This document shows positions 28,301-43,049 of a stretch of 64,000 nucleotides of DNA, piece after piece. The notes below the pieces were generated by a model. It was not told the DNA's origin, did not search any database, and saw only the letters and a list, made by a program, of their open reading frames with translations. How positions within the stretch are numbered: position 1 is the first letter of the stretch; each line of letters opens with the position of its first letter. Source of the stretch: Trichoplax adhaerens (lineage: Eukaryota; Animalia; Placozoa). The stretch is taken from positions 8,820,011 through 8,884,010 of the forward strand of contig NW_002060945.1 in NCBI RefSeq assembly GCF_000150275.1, written 5' to 3'. A program made the position numbers and the translations under genes.

Positions 28301-31300
28301 GATTTAGAAGAAAAGGAATATTTTGGTCTATCCTACACAGATTCAGCTCAAGTGACGGTAAGATTGAAATCTACTCTATTTAAAATACTTTCTTCTTACA
28401 ACACCTATAGGTTACAATTACTACATTTCTTTATTATGGATGCCATGTAGAAAATCGATCTTGTTGTCCGCTATTTAATACCTTTATATGCTATAATCAA
28501 TTGAATTAAAATGGATCTACATAGATTATACATTAACTTATCCCTTAATTTTTAAAATATAATTTTCCCTCTATGCGCAACAGCATTGGGTTGATCCTAC
28601 CAAGAAAATTAGAAAACAAGTGCCTAGTAAGTTAATCGTTAGCTTAATGCAATACAAACAAATTGGTGAAGTAACATCAATCCTAATTTTTGGTTATCTT
28701 TTATTCATAAACAAAAATTAAATAGAACGGTTACAGACAGCCAATGAATACCCCTATAATTCTTTCTTTCTAGAAGAAATTTAATCGTTTGTTGATTTCT
28801 TTTACAGTTGGTCCACCATTTTCTATGCGATTTCTAGTGAAATACAGTATTGCAAATCCTGATGAACTTCAAGAAGAAGTTACTAAGTACTAGATTTTAT
28901 ACCATCCATTTCGTCTCATACGATTATATCCTTCATCTAGCTTAAAAGTTTGCCATATTATCATCAATGTTTATATATCTATTTGAAAATACGATAATAA
29001 AATCAATTTATACCAATTTTATATTGGAGAAGTAAGTAATTAGCTTGTGACTAATACCTTCTATCAATTTTTAGATATTTGTTTTACCAACATATTCGTA
29101 ATGAAATACTCTATGGAAGGTAAGCAATAAGGTCTTTATGATACTATTTTTTTGCATTTATATTTTTATCTATTGTAAAAACTTTAAATCTTTTCTTTAG
29201 GCTTGAATGTCCAACTGATACCTTAACCAAACTTGCTGGATACGTTTTGCAATGTAATAAGAACTGTCGTAGTTTAATTTCCTGATTTAAACCTTATCAA
29301 CGATGTGTTACATTCTAGATGCTATACTAACTGGGGCATATTTAGTCTAGATAGGAAGATGATAATGACTAACCTAATTAAATTTTTACAGCTGAACTTG
29401 GCGACTTTGATGAAGAGGTGCATACAGAGGGCTACGTCTCTGAATTTCGCTTTCTTCCTGAAATGATACAGGTACATTGTATAGATAATTTTTTGTTTAA
29501 AACGTTTTTAAACTTAGTCTTAATCATAGATTTCCCGTAGGGATATAAATTGTTTTTCCACTTTATTAGACGTTCTTTGTACTCTAATTAGTAATTTATC
29601 AATTAACCTTATAGACTGAAGAAATAGAAGCCCAAATTGTGGATTATCACAAATTATGCGAGTGAGTCAAAATAGAGATATCGTAATTTAGACGTCAGAA
29701 TACTATCTCTTCTCCATTTTTATCAAATAAGTTAAAATAATTCATTTACAACATTAAACTATAATCGAGCAAGATTTATGCACGTATGTCTAGTATGGAG
29801 ATTGAAAACCTTTATCAGATATACAACACGATTTATACTCTACCTTTATAATGTATCTTGCTTACTACACCATGTTCTAAAGTGAAATTTTGCCTCGTAG
29901 CGATACTAATATCTTTTATTGTTGCATTCCACAGGGGCCAGACACCGGCAGAGGCTGAGAAAAATTTTCTTACCATTGCGAAAACAATTGATATGTATGG
30001 TGTTGATTTACATTATATTTTGGTAAGACACATTTTTATAAGCAAAAATTATAACCTAGATATTGTGATAATAATTTTAAATAATCTAATTTGTCAACTT
30101 AGGGAGATTTAGAAATTGGTCTGGCACCTAATGGAATTATCATTCTTCGAAGATCCATTAGAATTGAATTTTTTTACTGGTAATTATTGTATAACCAATT
30201 TCTATCGATTAGAATCATTTTAGAAATTTTTTTCCAATAAGTTTCTAATTCTTTCTACAATATAGGCCAAATATTGTTAATTTAGAATTTAAAGGGAAGA
30301 AATTTATAATTGTCGCCAAAGGGGAAGGAGTAAGTTGTGTATTACATATTTCATTGCCGGTAACTGAAACATTATCAATCAGTATGGCAATAGCGTTAAC
30401 ATAATTCATGCTAACGCTTACTTAGGAGGATTCTAGTAAGATTAGAAATGAGTTTAAATTGGGTAGTGCAAAGGCTTGTAAACATTTATGGAAAAGCGCT
30501 ATTGAGCAACATTCCTTTTACAGGTGATTGATTTTCTTGACATAGTTTTATTATTGTAGATAGATACGTGTATTAGTACAATACGATAAGAATATTGTAG
30601 AGTAATTTTTTAATACGCGTATCTAACTTTATTTATTGATTGTCTATCTTTAAAATTCAAAAAACAGGCTTACTATACCTGATGGCCCTGTAAAGAGAAG
30701 ATTCAGCTTATTTAGAACACGCTCCAGTTTCAGATTCAGGTTTAGTACTTATTAATGGTTTACTTAAAATTTCATGTCTTTAATCAATTTATCCGAAATA
30801 ATTTGTAGTGGTCGTACATTGTATCAAGCTCAAAGTATGCGAAAGAAAGCTCCTCGTCAATCTATGAATGTAAAAAGGTAAATCTTTATAATTAGTGACG
30901 CCTATATTTGTAATAGGTTACGGTATTCATGGTGAGAATTTCTTATTTTTTCGTAATTCTCAGAACACCGAGTCAACGTCAAAGTCGTAGAAGTCATAGA
31001 TCAATGATATTACCACAAAAGACATCGTAAGAGGCGACATTATTTGTCAACAAGATGTTTATTTTAAATGAAAACTGCATAATATGTTGTGAAGATTTCA
31101 AGTATTTTTAACTCCAGTCTGTATCTTGACAAAAAACTAGACCATCTGTAACGAGAGTTGATGTATCGGTCGTAAAAAAATCGAAATCTGAACATGGTAA
31201 ATATAGATTCGCTTGAGAGACCGTCTATCCATCTTTCTTGACAGTTAATTATCTTTATAGAAATTGACGGACCAGCTAATGTAGTGATCAATGCTCCCAC

Positions 31301-32710
31301 TGATTCAAAAGCAAGTAACGATGATCATCTGTATACGGAAGTAAAAATTGCAGATCCTCTACCAGAAGATACTACAGAAGAATCTGGACCGTTATGTGAA
31401 GAAATTAGGAAACATATTGTCGACAGGTTGTAGAAATATGAAATATATATCGAAGGAAATATATTTGAATTCATGAATAAGTACAGTGTAGCACTATCTA
31501 TTAATGGACCTATTTTTTACATGTAAATAACGTAGTGTTTTGTTACTTTTTAAATTGTGACCTAGCGAAACTAATGCTCTTCAACGTTCTCAGAGTCACT
31601 TCGTGATGCCAATGCCGTGTTCCGAAAGGTAGTGATTAAAATATTGATGTTGCTATTAATTAAGCGGCTATACGGTTGATACACCCGCATAATATTTAGA
31701 GCTGGTTATTTTTCGAAAGCGACATCTGATATACGACATCTTTAAAAATGAATTTTATTTCCTAGAATTTCGTTGGACCAATCTCTGCGTAGGACCCATT
31801 CCTTAAATGATGTAGCAAACCTACAAATAGAGTACGGCATAAAATATCACAGATGAATTTTGCTATTATTTTTTCAAGTTTGAGCTATTGTAGTGATTTT
31901 AAAACGATACTGTATCAAAGTGGCCAGAATGTAATCGCTATTTGCTGTAGATGCTAATATTGAAGTATAAAAATTTAGACTTTGTACATGTAGTCATAAC
32001 ATTTTTAGTAATGATAAAATTTTGTTGGTCGATAATTTAATAATATTTAAACTAGAAACGTGAACTCTAATGTAATACTTGTAAATACACTAGTGTAGCA
32101 CAACTGAAACATCTATATGTAACCAATTAAATTCTTGTACAATATAATTGAAATGAACTTTTATTGTAATTGATATCGCAGGGATGAATCAGAATTAATC
32201 AGAACATGGAAAAGAGAGAAAAAGTTCCTTGAAAGTCTAGATGATGGTGATAAAGATGCAGCACAGGTTTGATATTGCCTATTTCAACTGTTAATAACTA
32301 CTGGAGATGTAATAGAGAGGTAAATGATGTGTGTGATTGATATTGATTAGGATCTTGAAGAAATTAAAGATCTATTAAGTAAATTGGCGAAGTATTTAGA
32401 TGTTCGAATGAATAGCCGTAATATGTACAAGAAATGTAGTAAAGAGAAGGTTAGTGGTAGTTTGTAATCTCTGTGATATTATTAAAATTTGGGGTAACCG
32501 ATGATGTTAATGATCTATTAGGAATTACTTGAAAAAATCGAAGAATTCAAGAGAGCGCGAAAGCAAAAAACTGCTAGTGTTTATCATGAAGGGCTGACTA
32601 CTACAGTGTCTGATTCAGGATCAAGTTACGCTGCTACGACTGAACAGCTACTTCAAGCTGCCAATGTTGATCACTCTGATGATAGCGATATTGAGACTAC
32701 AGACCTTTAA
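22373..32710 (+). CDS. EPB41L5: Band 4.1-like FERM-FA protein, EPB41L5/EPB41L4B (Yurt/Mosaic eyes)-like
   Basis: Exon 22373-22483 [24 protein letters not shown], a ~5.8 kb intron, then [24 protein letters not shown] | [80 protein letters not shown] domain SSFRFSGRTLYQ, KRTPSQR. The C-terminus ETTDL* is a class I PDZ-binding motif like the TTEL end of EPB41L5. Confidence 0.88.
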
Positions 32711-33372
32711 ATTTTATGTCTAATACATTCAATATATGTGACTACGCCATATGTATTTTTATTTAGAATGATTCTTAAATACTTCAGCGCTTATGTGACT
32801 CCGCAGTCTCACTGAGTCTTTTATGCTAATAGATATTATACCTAAGTAGTACTGTTGATCATAGAATTATTTACTAGCTTCATTTTAGAACTCGTAAACT
32901 CGCTTATCTAGAGATACAGCCTTCTTGATTATTAGGTTGGATTAAGAATAACTGGTTTATGGTAGTGTAGGACGAACACGCATATAGTTTTATGCTAGAT
33001 TTTCAAAAAGTGTTTAGATATAGATATAATTATCAATTTTATCGAATTGATCAGCTCGCTAACACTTTACAATCTTAATCTTAATAAGAGTGTTAAGAAT
33101 CTGCAGTAAGGAAATGGACCGATAGACTGCTATTCATGTTAGTTTTTAGTATCGTTGTTAGATCGTATTTATTGAAACTTCGTAGTATTTACATCGTTTT
33201 TTACTTCGCCCATTGAAGCACAGCTCCAGTAATTATTTTAAAACATTGTGTAATTGTGATAGATGACGATAACTTTAAATGTATCAGCATTATTAATCAG
33301 TTTTACGATTTTTACTTGATATAGTTTATTTACGGATAAATGTGTGTAGTGATATTGTAGATATTAGGAAAG

Positions 33373-36300
33373 TCATTTATGTTCCGATAAATTAATTTGG
33401 CAATCAGCCGAAATTATTAAAATAAATTTGCCTAAGCATCCCGGATCGAAAGTGGAGGGAATTATTAGTAAAGGTCCATCTGATGGTGCGTCAGTTAATT
33501 CACTAACCACAAAGCCTTTCCTAAAAAATAAAGCAGATTAATTGCTTAGTTTATGTCACACACAGCAAGTTCTAAAATTGATAATCAAAAAGAAATTTGA
33601 TCAGTTATACCTGTAAGCTCCTGACGATTTTTTATATATTGAGCCACGCTCACCAGGCGCTTCTGATTGAACATTAAATCCACCATAATATTCTCTAAAA
33701 AATAAGCGTATCAAGATATAACGTACGTAGTGCATTAGCTGTAATGGTACAGTAAAATAGTATGTCACGCTATTTTAAACAAACATACCTGGGTAACTTT
33801 AACTGGATTAAAATGCGATTTTTTTTATTGACATGAGTAGGAAATGAAATTTTAAAGCGAGGATTTAGCTTAAAAGTTGGATGATTTGAACATCCTCCAG
33901 CAGTTTGAGTAGTCCATTCACCTACAATCTACAAAATTTAGGAAACTATCTAAGCTTTTGAAGACATTAGAAATTATAATTTACCAATTACATACACGTT
34001 TCTGGCAGATATATGGATTGCCAATCTCACCAATCCTAAATTCTGTGGATGAGTATACCTATCGACAATTTATTGTTATCCGCAGACCGAATTAATAATT
34101 GGAGAAGTCTCCAGTAGATTAACAATGTATACGGATACTGTATTTTCGAAGTAACGTTGATACTATGTCAGTAATTCGTTAATAGTCTCGCTACCTTCAA
34201 TGTATAGTAAATGGTATTAGTCTTCTCGTGTTGAGAAATAACCAAAGTATAGCTGCTGTATCCTGTTGGAAGATCTAGCTTCGCTAGATAATGGGGGCTA
34301 TTAATTTTTGTCCCTTGACTAAATGGATTGTCTAGTAAAATTAGATGCAGTATATGCATGTTAAAGTCACCGTTTCTTAAATTGTAATTATTGGTTAATA
34401 ATAATAAAATAATAAAAATTAGTTATACCTGTATAGTATACTCTAGATCCATCAGTCTTATATACATGAATAGTGATAAATTCTTGGTTATTAGCAAAGT
34501 CTTCCTGTATATTACAAAAAGGATAATGATCTTCATAAGTTGAATCGATAATTCCTATTGGAAAATACTAAAAATTACCTTATCTACTATATGCCTAGTA
34601 AGTAACACCCATACGATAGGCTTTTCAGTGCCACCGATAACTTCTAATTTATACTGAGGATTATCGCCTAAAGAAATATCACATACGTAGTAATCAACAC
34701 AAGTATTCAATCATAGGTATAGATGAGTAAATAATTTAAAAATCTATTTACCAAGATTAAAACTATCCTTTCCTGGACCTTTACCGGCATGCCATACACT
34801 GTTAAAATAGATCCGATATTAAGAATCTTAGGATACATTACATCAAATGTGAGATGATGTTTGCCAAAAATATTATCCGAAAATACACTCACTCATGCAA
34901 AGTATAACGATATTTAAACAGTTTCGGATTCCAACTTAAGTAAATTACATCAAAGAAGTGGCACAAACTTTCTAAATTTATCCAAAATACTCCTAAATAA
35001 AAATAAGTTGATGATTATTATAATTAGGTTGTTGCACTAGAAGTGTATTAAACAGCTTGAGATCAAATTACCGTTATCAGACGTCTTTGCTCGATCTAAA
35101 TCATAATTTAGGGCCTTAATTAGCTCTGGTGTCCAATTAACAGTATCAGTTTCTGAATACTTTCCCTGGAATATTTCAGATTATTTGAGCAAAGCAATAG
35201 CCCAAGTATTAATAAATCCTCTAATATAAAATATGTCAACGATGCCAATACCTTCCAACGTAGATGACTCCATGGATTTTTTAGCTGGAAAAGCTTGATA
35301 TCCTATGCATGTGAAGTGATGTAGCGGTTAGTATTAGTTCAATTTTAGACCTTCAAAAGACATCAATATTGTTACTGCTTGTGCTCTAAAACAGATAAAA
35401 ACCTTAATTTGTTTTGCGTCTAATAACGCATACGCATGGGAGGATACAAGGCCAGTTCTTTCAGTGTCTGTATTTGATAATGCACCGGTAGCGACAGTTA
35501 CCAGGACATCACCTATACAGAATGTAGTATTGTCGTATGTAAGCTAGTTGATGACATTAAAAAATAAAGAATGTGTTCGAATATACTCTAAAAGTATTGT
35601 TTTACCTCTCTCTAGCCCATCTTTTATACGAGCAAAGACTGAATTAGCTTTAAATGACTCCTCATTTTTCGTTGCTATTCTTTCAGGTATCCATCCAGTT
35701 AATGCGTGTAAATCAATATTCTAAGTAGGAGATAATAATGGTGTTTAGACATTTAGCTTACAGTATAGCCAGTTATTACTTAAAAAAGAAGTTTGCTTAC
35801 TGAATTTGATCCAGGAAAGTCATAACCACCCATAACCTATATTATATTGTTATGTTATATAGGGTATAAATTTTGTGTGTTATAGTCCGCAAATAAGCTA
35901 CTCTCGATGAGATACTAATCACATCTATTTCATCGAACCTTCATGTAGGCCTTCTCCATAAGGCTAACCCAAAACTCGTCACGATTGTGAGAAAAGGAAC
36001 AAAGTAATTGGCCATCATTACCCAAAGGTAACGTGTCGTCAATGGCAATCTGATGATGATAAAAAATATCACAGCAACATTAACATGATAATACTGAAGT
36101 TTTTTTAAATATGGAAATTATAGCTAAAATATGCAGAACATGTCTAAAATAAAATGTCAAGCACAATTTAAAAGCTGTACCTTTCTCTGTATACCATTAA
36201 TGTTTAATCTGACTAGGTATTTGCCACATGGATTAACGATAGGCCTCTTTTGTTTATCTTGAGGGAAAATACAGCTACATGACGTAATAGCAGGAAAATT

Positions 36301-39300
36301 TACGAAAAGTAAAATTTTAGTAAATGCCTGTAAATTTTGGTAAGTGATTTATATCTTTCAATATAGTACCTAGTTATAATTTGTTTTCTAAATTTTCTTT
36401 CATAAGCAGCGCTAACTGCAAGTGATGCTACGAAGGAACAATCAGATACAATTGTCTGAAAGATCATGATGAGGGTATCATCAATTGTTACTAGATATAT
36501 TTTATTTTGTCCATTTCTTGTCTGTTAGCATTAAATTAACAAAAATGGCATAGTAAAATTGTTACCTGTCGAATACTAAAACTTGAGATGACGTGTATGA
36601 TTTTAGGATCTTGGGAGAGATCATACGGTCTTTAACATATTAAAAGAATTTATAGTAATTACTATTCCTTAATAAGAAATTAGATAAACATACATACTAT
36701 AATTTAAGTCCAAGTCTAATTATATAAATAGTTTTGCGTCGATTCCTAACATACCTAACCCATTTACGAAATTTCGCTTTTTGCTTTGGAGATAATGCAA
36801 GGGCTCCATCTTTGTCTCTTTGTACACAAAAGGTTAATTTTGGTATGTATTAATAAAGAATTCTGTGTTTATGTATTGCAAGGTGTATACACCATATATA
36901 TTATCTAGCTAAGCATAAAGATCGGATATAAACTAGTAGCCGTGGTAAGAATCCACATCGAGAATTTTCATTAAAAATCACGAAAACCGCACTTACATAA
37001 ATGTTACCGGATAAGCAAATCGATCATGTAGTTCTTCCCCATCTAGCCATGGCGGATAAACCTTGTTATTGATGTAGGAAGTTTTTCTAAGTGGTAAAGA
37101 TATTATAAAAATCTTATATACTACTTCAGTATACCATTTACACTGAGTATGAGGAGCGAATGATGCAAAAGCGTATACAATACTTTAGAACGTCAATTTC
37201 TTTTGATCCTAATTTCTTAGTTGTGCCACTAGCAGCGTTTTCGTTAGGTGTAATACGAGCACCTGTAGGAAAGGAAAAGCTGCCAATTTGGTTGCTAGTG
37301 CTGACTTTATTTGTTAAGTGAGCTGCAGTGTTTCCTAACTGCTTTAGAGGAGAGTTTGACTCATTGGTGGATTTTCTTGATTTTCTAATTACTTCGATTC
37401 TACCAGTTTAAATTTACCAGTTGAGAGAAATAACATACATAAAAAATTTTACTTATCATTTTACGGTATTGAATGTAAATGCAAGTTGAAATTGTATTAA
37501 GTAAATATGCTAGGATATTGCTTAGGATAAAATAGTTTCTAATTTAAATACTGTACTACGCGTGCATAGTATAGATAGGTAGTTTAATTTTACCGATCGA
37601 CAGCTTGATTAGCTAAAAGAGCCAATTTTTTTATCGCAGTTGGATCAGAACAAGTTGATTTCTAGTACAATATATTAACGATGATGATGATAAGCATAGC
37701 TATAATACTTTCCTAATTGATTGTAGATTAAGATTAAGCGATTCTATTTTATGAATGCAATATATATATGGGATAAAAATTTGAAATTAAGGATTAATAA
37801 ATTATTCGCTGTAAGCCTGCAATGAATTCTTTTATACTATAACCTACAACTCTCAAGCATAGCTCTGCAGCATCCATGTATAAAGGCTCTGCATCATCAC
37901 TTCTATCACGTTCATCTTCTAATAGTGCTTGTTTCATAAGAAATTCAACCTTTTCTAGATCGCTCTGTTATAATCATAAATGATAATATTGATTTCTTTT
38001 GAAAGACTTATGTTTATGACATTTATGAAGCTTTCATAATTTGATATCGCACTACCTGCTGTTCGGATCTAGCATCGGTCGTCATTGGTGGTGCAGTCGG
38101 AGCAACTACGTCATGTTATACGTATAGCAGTAGATAATAAGTATGATGCATATCAATAGTTTAAATACAACTACTGTATTGATATTGTACTTGCTAGATA
38201 ATAGTGATAATTTCCCAAAATAGAGGGTACACCGTATCACATATTATCAAAGAAACCAGCTCAATATGCGATAACTACGCAATATAGCAAAATAATTAGA
38301 GCATAATACAAAGGTAATCGTTTAGCAAGAGCGGATTTCAGCTGAATTGGATCAATAATAATAATGATAATTATGTAATTATATCAATCTATAGATATGC
38401 GAGTATGTTGACTATGTTCCATTCCACGGTAGTTAGAGTACCAAAAAATACACTTTAATATCATCGATCAGTATAGTAAGATAAGGATGATTGGTTGCAT
38501 AGTATTGAATATGCCAATCTTCCAATCTTTGTAGAGTCGTTGTAAAATCCATCGCGTTTGAAGGTCAGATCGTAAAATTGTGCAAGTACTGTACACTCAG
38601 TAATGTGAAGTAGAAGAAGAATTGAAAGTCTTACCATTTTAGAGGTATTTTATTGTGTATACTGTACGATCGTAAATAGAGAGGAAAGCGTTTAAATGTT
38701 GATTGCGTCCTTGTAGAATCATGACTGTATTAGAGGATTGTTATTCATGTAGGTTATGATTTGCAATGAGTAGAATTGCTGTACTGATGCTATTTGTTTA
38801 CGTTTTCTTCAGTTCCATCACCCTAGTGTGTTTACTATATGACACAATATGTCCTATACAGCTAATACTATAGTATCGTATGGTGTTGTGTACAGTCTTG
38901 CGGCTTTGATTTGTAGTGAAAGTAATCGCAAAATGGTAATGAAAGGAATGGATAGAATGAATTTTCTCTCTCGAAGAAAGAGCAATCGTTATGTTCTCTA
39001 TCGCAACACTAGGCCAATCAAGCAATACTCGGTTAGACACTGCAAAGTAGCCTGCAGCGTGAAGTCCACTTCTTTATTCCGGGTTGCCTTTCCCACAAGT
39101 GACATATATATATTACATACGTGTGAGTAAATTACTAGTGAACGTGTCAATACAGTTACGGTATTAGTCTTATACGGTTATCTTGTCAGTTAGGCAGCTA
39201 TGCAATTTATCTGCCCTAATTCCTAGACATAACCAGTCTATATGATAATACATAACAGCAATGAAATGAGGTTCATGCTTTCCTGTGCGTATTGTTCATT

Positions 39301-39607
39301 TCAATAGTTTATAAACTGGTCGAGAGAAATTTATGATGGTTTTAGATGCTCAATTTATGACAACAAGCGATTGGAATGGTTTACCTTGGCCACTACGCAA
39401 TGTTTCTATTCTTTCTAAATATTCGTAAGCTTTCCTATTGGTGCTGACAGCCATTGTTGGATCGAGATAAGCGGCTTGTAGCAGTGCTTCAGCTGCTTCT
39501 GAATAATAAAAGATTGCAGAAGCAACATGGCCAGCCGTATCTTGTTCGATAGCTTGCTTGGCGAAATTGGATGCGTCTTCGCATAACCCTCGGCTACGAG
39601 AGGACAT
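33373..39607 (-). CDS. CAPN7: Calpain-7 (PalB-like, MIT-MIT-CysPc-C2L)
   Basis: N-terminal MIT exon (FAKQAIEQDTAGHVASAIFYYSEAAEAL), second MIT, catalytic QTIVSDCSFVASL (Cys), [44 protein letters not shown] (His), LKNPWSHLRWKG (Asn), TQTAGGCSNH and final exon ..LPTFDPGCLGKFIL..SEHK*. Confidence 0.93.
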
Positions 39608-40000
39608 TTTGTCGATGATCTCATCCACAAGCAAGACGAGGTACTACAGTATATAGTACCTAGCGGCATTCACTATACTGTACACTGTGCACTGTGCACT
39701 GTCAAGTACAGTACGATGTACTGTAAAAAGAGTATACAAAACCTCTTGCTACAGTACGCTGCTACAGTACGTACGGCCTTGTAATTCTCCCCAACTTTCA
39801 TAGGGAAGAGAGGGGCGGAAACGATCGTTGAGTGGACTCAAGGTGTGGAGACTGATTGATTCTTTTACAGGTCATTTTAACTGTATCGCATGTCTGACGT
39901 CCAAACTAGCTGCTAACATATTGAATTGCTGATGCTGCTATCATGCTAAGTGGACTGGATCAAGTCGATTAATTATAACCCATATAATCAATCGACTTGG

Positions 40001-40350
40001 TTTACTTGGTTTTGGTTTGTACAGTACTGAACACTAGCGACCCTCTAGTACACTGTTACTGGATGTATGTAGTCCACGGTACGGTACAGTACGCTGCGGG
40101 TGCTTGGAACCTACTGCGCAAGCCAAAGTGGGCCTGTTGCCAACTTGGTAGCGGATTAACGACGACCACAGCCTGATTTACTTGGTTTTGTATAGTACAA
40201 TACAGTACACTAGAGACCTTCTAGTACACTGTTACTGGATGTAGTCCACGGTACGGTACGGTACAGTACGCTACGGGTGCTTAGAACGTACTGCGCAAGC
40301 CAAAGTGGGCCTGTTGGTAACTTGGTAGCGGATTAACGACGACCACAGCC
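40001..40350. repeat. Tandem duplication of ~175 bp in the CAPN7/COMMD3 bidirectional promoter
   Basis: TTTACTTGGTTTTG...GGATTAACGACGACCACAGCC occurs at about 40001-40172 and 40177-40350. Confidence 0.92.
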
Positions 40351-40389
40351 AGTTGTCCAAAGCACAATTAACAAGGTCAAAAATTAGCC

Positions 40390-42754
40390 ATGGAAGTCAG
40401 TAAGAAAGTATTGGAAGGGCTTGAAACTTGCTCCAATTCATCCTACTTTTCTGATCGAGCTTTTCAAGATCTGTGCCAAATAACTCTTGGTATTCTGTTG
40501 AAGGAGAATGCTGAAAGTGACCTAGAAAGTTGGTGATCGTTCAAGACATGTATATTCACTCACGATCAGCAATAGCTTGCTACAAATAGCAATATACTTT
40601 TTGTACAGTTGGCCTTGGTAGTCTATATCTCTTTTATATTGTATTCTGTCAGTACTCGATCGATGCAAATAGATCAGTTTACAGTATCTATATATCGACA
40701 CAAAATTATCCCTTGTTGACAACTGTATAGGAATTACTGCGATATCAATATACAAATTGGAACAAACGGGTACTCCAGTTAGCCTTAGCAATCTATACTT
40801 ATTGCATGACGACAAATATTGTTAATACGCGTATTTCATATTCGTAGACGACATATAGACGTGCAGAGTTTATAACGTAGACTTGCTTATAGGATTGCCA
40901 TGTCTAAATTACTTATAACCTAGTACAGTATAAACATTTAGCAATAACTCGCTAGAGATGACAATGTATGTATTTTTAGACAGTTGGTGTGCCTATACCC
41001 GTTTGAACTGGCCAATATTGCCAATACTTTATATGATACAGTTTACGACATATACATTAGATTACCATGGTTAAGAAAGGTTGATACTTCTCATCCAACC
41101 TGTACTTTCACCATAATGAACCGCTGATAAACATTCTATGTTACTTTCAGAAACAACATCACTAGCGTCTATTAGTGATAAAAGCATTCTAAAACAGGCT
41201 TATGCGTCTCTTATCACCTTCATCGTGGAATGTGCAAGAGTAGATGCCACTTCTGCTACTGTGAAGTACGTATCCATTGTACTATTCTAGAATCTCAGTT
41301 ATGGACAGATGATAGACATTCTGCTAATACTGTCATGTTTAGGATACAAAAAGAATCATCTACCTAGTGCATGCTAGTATAATCAATTCATACTTTGGCA
41401 TTCGGAATAATCAAAAGTTTTATTGCATGGTAACATTTATCATCGAATCATTTGTCAATTCATTTTTATAGTACGATGCTTGAAGATTGTAAATTTACCC
41501 CGGAAAGGACAAGTTGTTTTACAAGTATATACTTTGTACGTAGAATGAAAACTTATCTACAGAGCGGTATATGTGCACTCGTACTTGTGCACCCTTGTCT
41601 ATATTCATGCCCTAGCGACTTATTAGGAATTGTACTGCATTATTGACAACTGTAATCATATGGAAAATGCTGCCATCTGTAAATATGCCAATAGTCTATA
41701 AAGATGTAATAGTTCTAGCAACTGAAGCTTTTATTTTATACTGTATAACTTACGCCTGTTGGAAATATTGGTCAATTTTTAAAGGCATCGCTTATTTGTA
41801 ATATAAAAAAGTTATTAAAACTTTGTATTATTGTTATCATGAATTATAGCAACATAAGCAGCAAGTAAGACAAATACTTGGAGGGTAGGTTTGGAGAATA
41901 TCACTACTAGTATCTTTGCTAGCTAAAAGCATGATATAAACATTCATGATACGTTACTGTGTCCTATTGACGAGTAGTAACATCAATGAGCTACTGTTGT
42001 GATATCATTCCTACAGTGTCTGCCATTAGATTGAATTATTTTTGATAAGATTATATAGAGAGAGAGAGAATTATAAATTGGCAACATTTATGGTTTTCTG
42101 TTTTCAGTGTATCATTCAGATTGCCTCATATAGTAAATACCGAATGGAGGATGGACTACGTAATTAAGGTAATGTACTACGCAATAATTTATAGCACGGT
42201 TTAACCCATTCAATAAATTGCCATACGATACCTCTATTGTTATCGTACAATTGGTAGAACTAACAGCACCTATAATATTTTACAGACATGCAATTTTCCC
42301 TATTTAGACTTTTTCAATTCAATACTATTTGTCAGCAGTAATGATGTAACATTATTTATTGGCTTTACACACATAACAATGTTATAACTATCTGATTTGA
42401 AATAGAACAACAGCTTAGAAAAGATAAATGCTATCAATTACACAATCAACTTCAAAGTTGAGGTAAAAAAGTGACTATTGTAAACTGGAAGATTGTTGGA
42501 ATAATAAATTGAAATTTGTTTCAAATAAGTCCTTTACTTTATTAACTGTAAAAGTGATATCTTGTTAGGATCAGAACGAAAGCCGAAAGGATGTACAATT
42601 CTGTTGTAGTGTAGAAGAATTACAGGTATCTTCTTAACTGATTGACCATGACATTATTTTTAGACTCCCTGGTAACAAGTACATTTTATATATTTATCAG
42701 GATTTGGTATGGAAATTGAAAGAAGCAGTTAAAGCTGTAGAGAGATTCAGCTAA
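40390..42754 (+). CDS. COMMD3: COMM domain-containing protein 3
   Basis: Exons MEVSKKVLEGLETCSNSSYFSDRAFQDL.., LKQAYASLITFIVECARVDATSATV, STMLEDCKFTPERTSCFTSIY, LPHIVNTEWRMDYVIK, VQFCCSVEELQDLVWKLKEAVKAVERFS*. Length and motifs match COMMD3. Confidence 0.9.
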
Positions 42755-43049
42755 TAAATAATTCTTTCTCAACATTTTATCCGTTTGCGTAAACGAAATT
42801 AGACTGTATCTATTACTCCGGTATAAATGTCAACTAATCAGTAGATTTTTTATACTGTATATATATACGAATGCGTACCACAAAAATTTGATAACTTTTT
42901 CTTCAGCCCTTCAGCAAATTTATAAATAAATTTCTTATATTTGTTATACAATCTTATGGAATACTTCACATATTTAAAAAGAAATTCTTTAAAATCTCTA
43001 TAAAAAATTCATTTTCCAATTGTTATCGATATCACAACATGGTTATACA

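Noticed and set aside
12011-32710. PTP-only and FERM-only genes as two halves of one split FERM-PTP gene
   Set aside because: The FERM-only gene has EPB41L5-specific features and its own PDZ-binding C-terminus, so it is an independent ancient gene, not a fission product.
42625-42700. COMMD3 last intron donor GTATCTT as a U12 intron
   Set aside because: It lacks the GTATCCTT core and has no CCTTAAC-like branch site near the acceptor.
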